Assembly: GCA_951406725.2 (NCBI GenBank)
Contig: OX597818.1
Location: 80,228,001-80,292,000 of the forward strand
Reading direction: 5' to 3'
DNA length: 64,000 nt
Origin: Octopus vulgaris
Taxonomy: Eukaryota
Shown here: piece after piece, positions 49,564 through 64,000 of the stretch
Position numbering within the stretch: the stretch's first letter is position 1
Layout of the letters: every line of letters begins with the position of its first letter
Translations under genes and position numbers: made by a program
Notes under the pieces: generated by a model
The model's database searches: none
What the model saw: the letters and a program-made list of their open reading frames with translations, nothing else
What the model was told of the DNA's origin: nothing

Positions 49564-50657
49564 GGTATATGTGTGTGCTTATATATATATATATATATAT
49601 ATTCTGATTTTTCAGATTTTTTATATATGCTAGGCTACTGGTTTCAAATTGATATTAATTAAATTAATATTCAATTTATCTCACTCAGAGAAACATGTAT
49701 GTGAATAATCCATATTTTTATTGCTTTTTCTTTTATCTTGCTCGATTACATTTTGGTTGTTTTGCTAAATTTTTCTTGAGAACATTTCTTAGTGGTAAGA
49801 CCATAGCGGATCTATTTCTAACATCTGGGTGTCCAAATAGTGGTTTCCCTCTAATATGTATATGTATATATATATTTATATATGACCTTTCCTCCCTACT
49901 TTCCTCCCTGCATGTCTGTCTTCCTCACTGCCTGTCTCTCTCCCTCTCTTATTTTTCATCCTTTCTGGTTTTCTCTCCCACCCTTCCCTATTCTTCTCCT
50001 CTCCCTTTCACCGTTCCCTCTCTCTTACTCCTCCTCCTCCCTCTCGTCGCTGACCAGAGGGTAACTAACTTTCTTTCTGACCACTGCCTTCAACGAGTCA
50101 ACAACGGCTTCTCCTGTCCTCGTAAGCCGTTTTCTCAATGCGTTCAAATTAATTTTTCCATCGTCTAGCCTTAAAAACCCTTATCGTTTGTTTTTACTGT
50201 GTTATTCTCCTTGTCCTGTCTTTTACTGTTTTTATTTGTATTGCTTTTACAGTCTTGTTTTGTTTTTACTGTCCTGTTCTTGTCACCATTTTTACCCCTC
50301 CACAAAAAATCCCAAATTATATTTAATTTGCTTTGCGGGAAGGATTGTTTCAATGAAGTCGTGTCTTGCCCTTACCTTCGAAACACGGAGTAGTCGAAGC
50401 AGGGGCAGTTGAAGAAGGGGAATGTTCCTTGTGTTGTATGTCTTGTACTCTGTTTTTTCGTTGTTTAAAAAAAGTCCGTTTCCACGTTTTTGTTTTTGTT
50501 TCCCGTTGTGTTTATGATTTTTTTGGTGTCCTGTACCCATATATGCATGTATATATACATATAGATGTAGGTATGTACATATATGTATGTATGCATGTTT
50601 TATTTATTAATTTGTTATTATATGATCGAACGCCACGCATCCACTTCCAAGTAAGTT

Positions 50658-50659
<2 letters not shown>

Positions 50660-50723
<64 letters not shown>
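50660..50723. repeat. (TATC)n microsatellite
   Basis: Read directly. Confidence 0.95.
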
Positions 50724-50751
50724 GTATATATATATAAAGAGAGAGAGAGAA

Positions 50752-51130
50752 GCGCAGGCGTCGGTGTGTGGTAAGAAGCCTGCTTTTCAACCACAAAGTT
50801 CCGGGTTCAGTCCCACTGCGTTCGGCCTTGGGCAAGTGTCCTCCACTATAGCCTCGGGCAGACCGAGGACTTGTGAGTGGATTTGGTAGACGGAAACTGA
50901 AAGAAGCCTGTGTTATATATATGCGTGTGAGTACCTCTGTGTCTGTGTTTGTTCCCCACCACCGCTTGACAACTGGTGGTTGTGTATTTACGTCCCCATA
51001 ACTTAGCGGTTCGGCAAAAGAGACCAACAGAATAAGTACTAGTTTTCAAAAAATAAGTCCTAGGGTCAATTTTTTCTACTAAAAGTATGGCCTCAGTCAA
51101 ATGACTGAAACAAGTAAAAGATAAAAGATA
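50752..51130 (+). mobile_element. tRNA-derived SINE copy, CpG-intact
   Basis: Homologous to 31567-31965. Confidence 0.85.
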
Positions 51131-51207
51131 TAAGATACATATACATGTGTGTGTGTGTGTGTGTGCGTGTACACATATGTAGTTATAATTATAATCATTT
51201 AAGATCT

Positions 51208-51270
51208 ACTAGCACTATGACCCGACGTTGCCGGGCCTAGTCTAGTGCTTGTTATTCGTTGCCGGGTCGC
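51208..51270 (-). mobile_element. Helitron 3' terminus (hairpin + CTAG), partly duplicated
   Basis: Minus strand CCCGGCAACGTCGGG-tcatagtg-CTAG|T; second partial copy at 51242-51270. Confidence 0.7.
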
Positions 51271-51399
51271 AGTAAAAATTTCTCACTAAGTCAAGAGCTA
51301 AGTTTCTTATCACATTTCAGCCCGGACCAGTTTTGTTGTTTATGACCTAGTTGGAGCTTTTTATGAGAGTAATTAATATTCATTGGATTTCGGTTTTCT

Positions 51400-51670
51400 C
51401 ACATGGATCAGCATAATCATGGAAAATTAGCAGGACTGTGCATTCTAAGACCCCCTGATGGGGGTCAGCCCATTTGTATACAGTAGCGTTATCTTTCTGT
51501 AGAAAATCAGCATTGAAAGAGGATTTTTGACTGCTTTGCAATACTTTAGTGTCGTCGGCATGGCTAGTTAGAGTGGTTACCTGTATAATTGATAGCATGT
51601 CTGAGAGGGCTACTACAAACAGTAGCAGAACTCCTTTCGTTATCAATGTCTCCTTGGAGAGGGCTACAGC
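51400..51670 (-). mobile_element. CR1/L2-group reverse transcriptase remnant
   Basis: LLFVVALSDM...TSHADDTKV...LQKD...VYKWA, a decayed YADD region. Confidence 0.7.
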
Positions 51671-51714
51671 CTGACTTCTGTTTTTAAACTCTGCAGAACC
51701 CGCGTAGTTTGAGA

Positions 51715-52690
51715 CCGTGTCCAGAAAAATCACCGTAAACATATTTACTGCAGGAAAGTTGTTGCCCATATAGCAAAAATTCACCGTATGGACATTGATA
51801 AAGTATATTATATCAACATTTTTTTAAAGGAATGGTAAACGGTTTATAAAAGCATTAAATAGGTAAGTCTTTATTCAACATCAAACATTAAAAAAATGTG
51901 ATGAGCTCATTTAAGACGTATGAAAATTCTAAGTAATGCTGTACAAATTATGTACTTTTGCTGCGGATTGTATCGAAGCATTTGTCTCTGAAGTCTTGCA
52001 TTAATATCACTATACTTTTTCTTCATCTCTGCTGCATCTCCTTGATCTGAATCACACATTTTCTTTCTTCCTAAATTCTCTTCCTTTTTTAAATAAGTTA
52101 TGAGTTTCCAGATATTTGGAAACATGTTAGCAATAGAGCTTTGTATTGCATTGCGAAAGCCTTCTGAACTATCGTTTGTTCTGATCATATTATTCTGAGT
52201 TCTTTCGAAAACATTCCACAATTCTATTGGAAATATTGGCTTCATTATTCACTTTCGCGTACTTCGAACTTGTTCTCCTCCTAAAGAGTGAGTTTCAAAG
52301 TAAGATACATATACTTGGAGAAAATCATCATGGTCAGTCACTTCCACAAATCCAATTGCGCTCTGGAAGAAAGGCTAATGCTGTGAAGCGTTTGAGTTCG
52401 TTGTTAAATTATACGTTTGTTTGAAAGCGCAACTTTAAACGATATCCACAATTTTGCGATGAATATTCTTAGTCATATGAAATAAACAACCTTTAATAGT
52501 TGTTGTGAATGTGTGAGAGAAAGCATTGATAGTTGCTTTCTCGAAGTCAACCATTAAGGCTTCAGGATTTAATGATTTATGTAAGCCTTTTAGGCCACTG
52601 AAAAGTTTGCTGCACGTTATTTCGGACTTACCAGGAAGCAAAACAAAAAGATGTGGAATGCTAATACTACTCATGACAATATGTAGCGTG
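51715..52690 (-). mobile_element. MULE/Mutator transposase pseudogene with a TIR-like end
   Basis: LLPGKSE, MVDFEKATINAF...IKGCLFH, FPIELWNVFER..RTNDSSEG motifs; aaaa(t)tcaccgta sub-repeats at 51725-51789. Confidence 0.85.
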
Positions 52691-52713
52691 AAAATAATAT
52701 ATATATATATTTA

Positions 52714-53240
52714 TACAGGGCGGCCCAAAAGTAGGTTTACGGCTATTCAACTGACGGTTTAAGAAATACTCCTAATATAAATGTTTATGAATAGAATTAG
52801 CCTAGTGAAATCATAAATCTAGCTATCTGAGTCAATGAGTCAACGAAGCTTGGCAACACTGAGTCGATGAGTCACCGATGCTTTGTCAGTTCTGTGCTTG
52901 AAGTGTAGGCGTGCGGCTGTGTACTAAGTTTACATATTCCATTCACCTTTATAATTCCAAGAAATTGTATAAACATCGCAATTTGCAGTGATTTAACATT
53001 CAAGTCACCAAGACGGCATTTCACGCCATTAATTAAAAAAGTGCTATGAGTATTATTTTGATTGCAAAGTGGGTGACCTGGATAAAAGCTGGGCCCCTCA
53101 TGTGTGTTGTGTAATCTCTGTCAGGCTTCTCACTGCATGGACCAAAGGTTCACGCCATAAGCCTTTTGCCATCCCTATGATTTGGAGAGAGCCCAAAGAT
53201 CGCACTTCCGATTGCTACTTCTGCATGACAAATATACAAG
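52714..53240 (+). mobile_element. Tc1/mariner-superfamily-like element, 5' end and N-terminal remnant
   Basis: TA-CAGGGCGGCCCAAAAGT TIR-like start; GDLDKSWAPHVCC...PFAIPMIWREPKDRTSDCYFC seen in transposon-derived proteins (family assignment uncertain). Confidence 0.6.
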
Positions 53241-55260
53241 TGTGGGCTTCTAGATGGCTTTTTATAACCCAATGGAGTTTTTCTAAAAGGTTCGGTTAGA
53301 CTTTTTGACGGGAAGATTTCAGTTCACTTGGTTACACACCAGCCGATCTGATTAGTCAAACTACATTCGTATAGGCGTTAATGCCATTTATGGCGACACA
53401 CCTTTACATGATTTAAACTTGCTTTTATGGCAGTATGGCAGGCTGTGGGCTTGAACTAGGAAACCTGAGAACAATTGTTCGAAACTCAGCAACAAGAGAG
53501 ACACAGTAATTAACGTTGTTCTAGAAGTATAAACAGACAAGATAGTCGTGTATGGAACGCCTTTAATCATAGTTCTGGTCAATCAAGGATGACCTGAGAT
53601 CAAGCAATAAAAACAGCACCAATATACTGAAAGAAACTTATTATTGAGGCTGATAGGATTGAGGAAAGACATTTTCCTTTTTGATCAAAGCTCTTATCGA
53701 GTTTTTTTATGTTTCACTTGGAAAGGAGAGTGGGGGTGGAAAGGAAAGTGCTACTTCCCAGTGAATTTGTGTAAAGGTTGGTGACTATGACAAAAATAGT
53801 TAGGATGAATGTATCTACATGCGCTTGTAGATTGGAGAACAACAACTATGAGAGGGCTAGATCCATTAGTTGTCAGGGTAATCCTGGATCTGTGGGGTTT
53901 CTTGATTGGCCTTAGTTGGAGTTTCTCCTGTAATAGGAGCACTCCTTCGTCCTTTCCATTTCTTTCTCTCCTATCTTTTATGTAAACTCCAACATAAATT
54001 GTAGACTGTCCTTGTGATGCACCTCCTGTCTGTGTTCCTGTGACGAATAAAAGAAATTATTATTATTACTATAGAAGGGTGGTGGATTGGAAGAAACATT
54101 AAAACGACAAATGATATGCCTTGTATTATTTATACCAGATCTTTACATTCTGAATTCAAATTCTCTCGAGGTCATCTTTGCCTGCCATCTTTCCAAGGCC
54201 GGTAACATTTAATAACTATCAAACAGACTTGAGTCTGTTTAACTGCATATCTCCCTTCCCTATCGCAAAATTACTGGCATGTACCTAAATTATTCACAAG
54301 AGATTTTAATGAGAAATTTATTAGAAATACATTGAACTCAGTTTAAATCAACTTTTCTGATCTTAAGAGTTAGCATTGTTTTAGTTTCGCATTCAATGCT
54401 TTAGAAGAGAAAACATGGCAGTCGTTTAAAGAGCACAAATATGTGAACAGTTGTATTTTGGAGTTGCTTGTAAGTTGATCTAAGTACAATTATATTAAAT
54501 GTTTTAATAAAATCTTTCGGAAGTACTGATTAATAATAGTTTCAGAACATCAATTTTCACTGCAGCGTATTCAGTTTTGACTTAATGGACCATACGGCTT
54601 TTGTCTGTATGGATAGTAGTCTCAACCCACTTAACCTTCAAGCAAATTAAATAACCGGTTTCACTCATCGGTTTCACTAATATTTCAATAAAATCTACCC
54701 AGAGACGGGTCTTCTTTCTTTCTCCCTCTTATTATCTCCCACATTTTATATCACCTCTACCTCTCTTTTGCTCCTTTCAATTCGTTTATACATACATATA
54801 TGCTCTGTCTGTCTGTCTCTCTTTCTCTCTTCACGTATTCCTTTTCAAAATGGCGTTAGACTACAAAGGCGAGAAGTAAAAGAGGACTGCGAAGAATATG
54901 AAACAAAATACAGAAACAAAGAAACTAATAACACAATCAAACAATGAAAGAAAAGGAAAATAAGGAAAACATTAGAAAACGAAGAAATTAAGGAAAGAAA
55001 AAAGGAAGGGAAAACAATAGGAACAAAAAAATTACGAACAAATGAACAAGAAATAATTCACAAGGCCTGAAATTTCGAGGATAGAGGTTAGTTGGTTACA
55101 TCGCCCCCTGTGCTCAACTGGTACTTATTTTATCAACCTCCAAAGGACAAAAAAGCAACGCCGACCTTGGCGAATTTTTTAATTCAGAATGTGAAGGCGT
55201 ACGAAATGCTGCTAAATATTGTGTCCGGCGTGCTAACGATTCTGTTAGCTCACCGCCTTC

Positions 55261-55297
<37 letters not shown>

Positions 55298-55352
55298 TAA
55301 TAATAATGATAATGATGATGATGATGATGATGATGATGATCCTTTCTAATAT

Positions 55353-55769
55353 TACTCTTACTCTTTTACTCGTTTCAGTCATTTAACTGCGGCCATGCTG
55401 GAGCACCGCCTTTTAATCGAGCAAATCGACCCCAGGACTTATTCTTTGTAAGCCCAGTACTTATTCTATCGGTCTATTTTACCGAACTGCTAAGTTACGG
55501 GGACGTAAACACACCAGCATCGGTTGTCAAGCGATGTTGGGGGGACAAACACAGACACACAAATATATACACATACATACATATATACATATATATACAT
55601 ATATACGACGGGCTTCTTTCAGTTTCCGTCTAGCAAAACCACTCAGACGGCTTTGGGCGGCCCGAGGCTATAGTAGAAGACACTTGCCCAAGGTTCCACG
55701 CAGTGGGACTGAACCCAAAACCATGTGGTTGGTAAGCAAGCTAGTCATCACACAGCCACTCCTACGCCT
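55353..55769 (-). mobile_element. tRNA-derived SINE copy, CpG-intact; 5' end locally duplicated
   Basis: Reverse complement of the 31567 family; cacacagccac..ctacgcctata occurs twice at 55749-55801. Confidence 0.87.
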
Positions 55770-55801
55770 ATACTTACCACACAGCCACACCTACGCCTAT
55801 A

Positions 55802-56197
55802 TAGGTGCAAGATCTGAAATTTTGGAGAGGGGGCTGGTCGATTTCATTAACTCCAGTCTTCCACTGGTACTTATTTCATCGACCCCGAAAGAATGAAAGG
55901 CAAAGTTGACCTCGGCGGAATTTGAACTTAGAACGCAAAGGACGGACGAAATGCCGCTAAGCATTTTGCCCGGCCTGCTAACGATTCTTTTCTACTCCAG
56001 GCAGAAGGCCCAAAATTTTTGGGGAGGGGGCCAGTCGATTTGATCGACCCCAGTACGCAACACGTACTTAATTTATCGACCCCGAAAAGATGAAAGGTAA
56101 AGTCGACCTCGGCGGAATTTCAACTCAGAACGTAGCGGCAGACGAAATACAGCTAAGCATTTCGCTCAGCGTGCTAACGTTTCTGCCAGCTCGCCGC
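55802..56197 (-). mobile_element. Tandem MetaSINE-like copies (another at 55060-55260)
   Basis: Reverse complement of the 5641 family: atcgaccccgaaa..atgaaaggcaaagt.gacctcggcggaattt. Confidence 0.8.
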
Positions 56198-56258
56198 ATG
56201 CAGAATATGACGAAGACGGCGACGGCGGTGGCGCGATGACGATGACGACAACGACGAA

Positions 56259-56312
56259 AAAGAAGAAGAAGAAGAAGAAGAAGAAGAAGAAGAAGAAGAA
56301 GAAGAAGAAGAA
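56259..56312. repeat. (AAG)n microsatellite
   Basis: Read directly. Confidence 0.95.
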
Positions 56313-56750
56313 TTAAAATGAGGATGACAACGGAGTAGGAACGCAAATAAAGAAACAAAAATATATAAGAATGTATTTTCCCTTTTTTCCCGTCACATTT
56401 TAAGAGTTTCACCAGATTCTTATTTTTGTCTTTAAAATTTCCCAGCTTCTATCCACTTCGAAAGTCAATTTATCATTTGCCTTCAAACTTATTTTTGCAA
56501 ATCCACGCGCTTCACTGAACAAATTTTTGATCGGCTGCTCAGGCAAAACGTTTTCCCGCCCTTAATGTCTCCACCAAATCAAACGTTGTTTGTTTAAAAT
56601 AGAAACTGGGAATTTATGTATGTATGTATGTATGTGTGTAAGTATGTATTACCTCTAACTCTCTACTACATGTCTACACACACACACACTTATAATTATA
56701 AGCACACATATATCTACATGTGTGTGCGCGTTGCTGTGTGTGTATGTATA

Positions 56751-56788
<38 letters not shown>

Positions 56789-57164
56789 TAGAAATGTATG
56801 TGTAAGTGTATATTTATATGTACTATGTAGATTTGTGTGCGTGTGTGCGTGCATGTGTGTGTGTGTGTGTGTCCGTGTCCGTGTGTGTGTATGTGCGTGT
56901 GTATGTGTGTCTGTGTGTAAATGTGTGTGCGTGCGCGCGCGCGTGTGTAATGACACACGCGTATAGATATATATATAGACGCTTTACAGATGTATGTATT
57001 CAAACACAGATAACGCAGATACAGATATATACACACATCGATGGAAACGCATGAGTGATCATATTTTTGGTAATCTATCCATGCAAAAACTTTTTTCTCC
57101 ACTCTTAATGTCCCAAACATATAAAAAGTTATGAAATATATAAATACAAACATATTTGTACATA

Positions 57165-57261
57165 TATGTATGTACGTATGTATGTATGTATGTATGTATG
57201 TATGTATGTATGTATGTATGTATGTATGTATGTATGTATGTATGTATGTATGTATGTATGT
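57165..57261. repeat. (TATG)n microsatellite
   Basis: Read directly. Confidence 0.95.
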
Positions 57262-57290
57262 TTATGTGTGTGTGTCTGTGTGTGGTGTAC

Positions 57291-57328
<38 letters not shown>

Positions 57329-57628
57329 ATAGGTATGTATGTGTGAATATAATTATGTGTTACGTAGATTTGTGTTTGTGTGTGTCCGTGTTTACGTGTC
57401 CGTCTGTGTGTCCACCGTGTGTGTGTGTGTGTGTGTATGTGTAAAATATGCATATGCACTGTATATACGTTTATTATCATTTCTGTCATTGTTTACTGTT
57501 CTTGTATAATATAGTCACACATAAACGCATACATACATGTATAGACTTGTTGTGTTTGTGCGTTTTGTATATGTGATGGGAAAAGATACAGATAGCGTGC
57601 GCGTGCGCGTAGTGTGCATGAGAGAGAA

Positions 57629-57659
<31 letters not shown>

Positions 57660-58067
57660 AGGCGAGAGAGAGAGAGAGAAAAGACGAAAGAAATTAGGGA
57701 AAGGAAAAAATGCCTGATGTGATTGTGTGTGTATGACTGTACGTGTAATGTGTTCGTGTATGTGTATAGCTGTTGCTGGGGTCTCTCTTCCAACAGCCTT
57801 AACATAACAACGTCTCCGAGTGTTGTTGAAGCGGAATGTGTTATTGCAGCAATGAGGAAACGGAAGAAAGGGACACAGCAGAGATATAAGTGTTCGTTAT
57901 TTTGTTTGGAGACTTTGTTTGTAGACATTGGACATTAAACAGAGAACGTCGTCTGCAGGAAAAAATATCCTATTTTTCTTGTGCAGGCGAACAAAAATTT
58001 CATCTGTCGAATGAGACATTTCAAATCTCGTTTTTAAGTGTATGCATGTTATGTGTGTATAGGTATG

Positions 58068-58231
58068 TGTATGTATGTATGTATGTATGTATGTATGTAT
58101 GTATGTATGTATGTATGTATGTATGTATGTATGTATGTATGTATGTATGTATGTATGTATGTATGTATGTATGTATGTATGTATGTATGTATGTATGTAT
58201 GTATGTATGTATGTATGTATGTATGTATGTA
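58068..58231. repeat. (TATG)n microsatellite
   Basis: Read directly. Confidence 0.95.
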
Positions 58232-59347
58232 CACACACACATACACATATATGTGTATTATCGATCCATTTCAGCCGATCTTACCAATTAGTTTCACATT
58301 GGGTATTAGATAACTGGATATTAGATAACGCGGTTAACAAACACCACGTGCTCCTTCAAGGCGACAATATATGGATGTATTTATGTTCAAATATATGTGT
58401 GCGACAATTTATGTTATTCATGTGTGGGTCTGTGTGTTATGGATTTATGTATGTGTAAACATGTTTGTATAGCAATATATGCGTCATACATAATGTATAA
58501 ACACCATTAATAAATAAGTTGCCGCGGTTTTCATCCGATAAAGGGATTTCTTATAAACGTGCTGTGTTAAGAACAAAATATCGGAGGGAGATGAAAATCC
58601 TGTTTCCCGTGTCCTCTGAAAGGTGGGCTTGGCATGCCATAGTTACTGATGAGCAGACACGCGTTAAGGCTGCATCACTTGTAAATATTCTTTAACGGTG
58701 AACAGATTTGGTCTCCGCTTATAAGACACGCTCATCTTTTTGATGGAAATACAGTCTTGGCTCATGAAAAGATCAAGATTGGTTGTCCGGAACGCGGAAT
58801 GTCATCAGGCGCTCACCACCCTCTACAAGTCGGGCAATGCGATCGTTGAAAGTTTCACTTTTGCAATATATATATATATATAGAACTAATGGTGCAAAAG
58901 AGCGTCGACGTTTTCGGGGAAACGCTAGGCGTCGCTGAGGTTAACTTTCTCTTTTATAAATCGGGGATCGATAAAATAAAGTACTAATCAAGTGCTGAGT
59001 TTGATGTGATCAATTAACCACCTCCTCTAAAAGTTAGTGTCTTTGGGCGAAAATCTGAAATCATTGTTATTGTTAGGTGGCGAGCTTACAGAATAGCTAC
59101 AGCGTCAGACAAATTGCTCAGCGGCATTTTTTCCGGTTCTTTACATTCTAAGCTCAAATTCTGTCAAGATGTGGACGCTTTTTCTTTGTTACTGATACTT
59201 CTGTACTTTCTAGCACCATACGCCTATACGAGGTGTTTTCTCAAGACAAATATCGCAGTATATGGTGTTCTTACAGTAAATTAACATTTAGTAGAATGTA
59301 CAGATTGCCATCGGTACTAAGTGTTCTCGTCGCAAATTTTATATATA

Positions 59348-59383
<36 letters not shown>

Positions 59384-59429
59384 GTGTGCGTGCGTGCGCG
59401 TGTGTGCGTGTGTGTGTGTAGTCTTTATT

Positions 59430-60200
59430 GTCTATATAAACGACCATGCTAGTGTCATAAAGCAGCAAAGTGAAAATATTCGCTGATGTCTCTAAGCGCC
59501 AGAAAATTATCAATGAAGAAGACCAAACTGAACTCCAGCTGTGGGTTAATGGATACACAAAAACAAAATGCAATTACACGAGGGAAAATTTGAGCTGATG
59601 CATTTTAGAAGAAAGATTATGCTAAACCAGCCATACTCTTTTCCTTCAAGGGAACCGCTCACAACATCTAATAATATCAGAGGCCTAAGACTAATTGTTG
59701 ACAACAATCTCAGCTGAAGTGCCCGCATAAACAATAAGGTCGATATAACTCGCAGGATGAGCTCCTGAATCCTAAGAACATTCCGGTCCAGCGAAAAAAG
59801 TGTCATCATTCCTCTTTGCTTCTCCTTTGTACGGCCACACCTCGAATACTGCTGCTGCCCCCCTGTGGCCTCCCCATACAAAACAAAACATTTTGAAAAA
59901 CTGAATCACCCCAGAGGTCGCTCACTAAAAGAACAAGGGCATGACTGATCTCGAATATTTAGACCACCTTAAAGCATTTAAACCCAATTCCCTCAGGCGC
60001 CGCTGTGAGCGATACATCATTTGCACAATGTGGAGATTATACCACCAGCATTGCCCAAACGACCTCAACATTAGCTTCAAAATTCATCCAAGGCTAGGAC
60101 CAGGGACCATACGTCCCCTACCCAATTAAGGATCACAACACATAAATACACTGCAACACAATTTCTTTTCCTCAACAGGCGCTGCCCTATTTAACATTGT
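59430..60200 (+). mobile_element. CR1/L2-group LINE RT C-terminal remnant
   Basis: VKIFADVSK, KFELMHF, VDNNLS*SA, VRPHLEYC, SLRRRCERY motifs with stops and frameshifts. Confidence 0.78.
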
Positions 60201-62241
60201 TATATATATATCAACCGAATGAGCCAGAAAGATGGAGAGAGAAAGATGGAGAGAGAAAGAGGGAAAGACAGAAAGAGAAAGAGAGAAAAATAGAGAGTCT
60301 AGATGAGAGTTTAATTAATAACTTTAATTGCAAAATTTTCAAGAGGTAAACGGCATCATTTTCTTAGAACACAACCGTCAAAAGTGAAAGTATATTGCAA
60401 TACAAATGAAAAGGGAAGACAGCTCCATAATTTCGTAAAGGGAATATAAAGTGAACTGGTGAAATCCTTTAATTTCATTAACACTACTCTGTCACTATTC
60501 TGCAATCACAAGCACCTACTTATATAGTATCCTCAGAAATAATAGCTGAGGTACACTGTTCCTATGTACTTTACTCAACACCGAACTCCACTGCGAAGGC
60601 AATTGGATGGTTTGTATGTCGACACACGATAGCCATATAAAATATTCGTACAGTTGTCGTGTTATATAAAATGTATGTACGTTCTATACATTAGGTATGT
60701 CATAGACAACGCTTACATGAAATTATGTGGTGTCACTGTCATCATTTCCGGTCAATTTACTTCCGCTTTTTTAAAGATACTAAACTGCATGTTAACCAAA
60801 GTCTGTAGATACTGAGTCGATAGACCAGTGTTTAGGTGTTGACTGATTAAACAGACACCGTATATAAATACTAACTGCATATACATTGTGTATTCATAGA
60901 TGTTGACTAGATAGCCCATACACTCATTTTTATTTTGTTCAAACTAACTGATGTGCGATCTATAGCATTGGCAGCGTCTCAGAGTAAAAAAGTTGGCTCT
61001 AGGCCAGGCGCAACTGCTATACACTTGTTTATTATAAATGTGACTTTTATCATAAACTCAGTACAGTACTTTATAGAAAGTAACTATTCGAATTCACGCT
61101 TTCTAACGCAATATATATGGGAAGCAGACATAAATCGTCTCACAGCCGATTGATGCGTATTCCTTGATTGTTGGGCATTGTTAGAAGCATGTACTCAGTC
61201 TATCGCATAGTAAAACAAAATCTGTCGCTTTCGATATAGGAAAATAGTGAATGAATAATTACTGATGTTGCAAATAGCCGCCTGGCTGAATAAAAATTCG
61301 TTGTATGCAACACTATTGGCAACACCAGTGATTGCTATTCACAGTTTTCCGATATCGATAACGACAGATTTTTATCTTAGCATGCAGTAAGTTGTGAGCA
61401 CATGCTGCTGACAAAGCCAACGAGGTAGGAAATGCATTTAGCATTCTCACCGCAGTTGCTGGATGTTTTTCGTCTGTTATTGATATATTTGCCTTTTTAA
61501 ACACAGCACGTCTACACGAGATATTATCTAAGGACGAATACCGTAGTAAATTTGCATTTTCGCAAAGTATTTACACTAGGTATGAAAGACGAAAGTCCTC
61601 ATTACTTCCATCACCAAATGAAGGCACTTCAATGTGGTAAATCATCTGGACTAGAAATAGTAGCCAAATTTTTGTCAATTCTCACCCAGCTGTCTTCAAA
61701 CGATATCTATAATACATTATATAATGTAATCTTAGATAAAATATTTGGATCTTTACCTTTTGACCGACAGATTTAAAAAATAATTTTTGTAACTAAACAA
61801 TATCAAACTTTGGACACTGGTAGAATGTGTCATATAAAACATCTTTTACTCTTAGCATTTTTGAGAAAAAAAACTTATATTTACGAAGTTATTTCACGTT
61901 AAAGTTCTCGTATTTCAGTAATTTCAACCAATCAATGACGTGTATTCAGCTGAATAAAATTACTGCTGTTGTTTGTCAACAAGAACTTCCGGCGGTGGAT
62001 ATTAGAGTAAAAAGTTGACTGTCACAAGCATCACTGACCTGGGGTTAAATAAACATGCACGCACACACAGATATACATATATGGCGACAACCATCATCAA
62101 AACTATTATTATAATCGTCATCACCATCGTTGTCATCAAGGTCAAGATGACTTTAACCATAAAATATTCAATCGCTAAACGGCATCACTTTCTTAGAACA
62201 CAAGCATCAAACCATTTTCGTTTGCTGCCATTGATTCAGTT

Positions 62242-63565
<1,324 letters not shown>

Positions 63566-64000
63566 TATGCCTAAACTCGGAGTTTCATATACGTATATAT
63601 CCATGTAATAAAGAAACATTATGGCGGGCAAGCTATTCTTGTAATACGGGTAGGATATATGAGAACTTTATACTTAAATAATTATTTTCGAAAATCACAA
63701 AGCGAAATACTGAGTGCATCAAAAAACCAAAAAAAAAAACCCCCCCCAAAAAACGTTTTTCCACCATTTTGGATAAAAGTTTCAACACCAAACGCATGAT
63801 CTGCACAAGTTCAAATCATAATGATAACTAAAAATAACAACGGTGAAACATTAGCTATATGAAGATATTATTACCACCTGCCTAACTTCAATAGTGCGAC
63901 ATCAATGGCTGTGTAAAATATGAGCGATTTTTCTATTTCAACCTTATACGTAGTAGCAAGCCTCTAACTGAATTTGAGACCGACACGCAAATTCAATCAA

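Overview
AT-rich, repeat-dense metazoan DNA. The SINE, RTE and microsatellite content looks coleoid cephalopod (probably Octopus; inferred). The window holds one complete protein-coding gene on the + strand, F-actin capping protein subunit alpha (CAPZA), assembled by hand from 10 GT-AG coding exons (529-46818; 867 nt, 288 aa; 23.4-kb first intron). Almost all ORF-track entries are repeat or microsatellite artefacts. The rest is tRNA-derived SINEs, MetaSINE-like elements, RTE and CR1-like LINE remnants, mariner, MULE, Helitron and TTAA-flanked MITE remnants. Beyond this: (i) several type-I hammerhead ribozyme motifs of the Penelope-like-element kind in CAPZA introns, most notably a ~610-bp palindrome carrying one hammerhead on each strand, with the same divergent inverted-pair layout in two other unrelated elements; (ii) a full-length decayed 5S rRNA copy fused directly to the shared LINE-like SINE tail, a candidate 5S-derived SINE; (iii) a 207-bp near-identical local templated duplication; (iv) a CpG-decay pattern suggesting gene-body methylation. 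All structures and homologies were read by eye; no searches were run.
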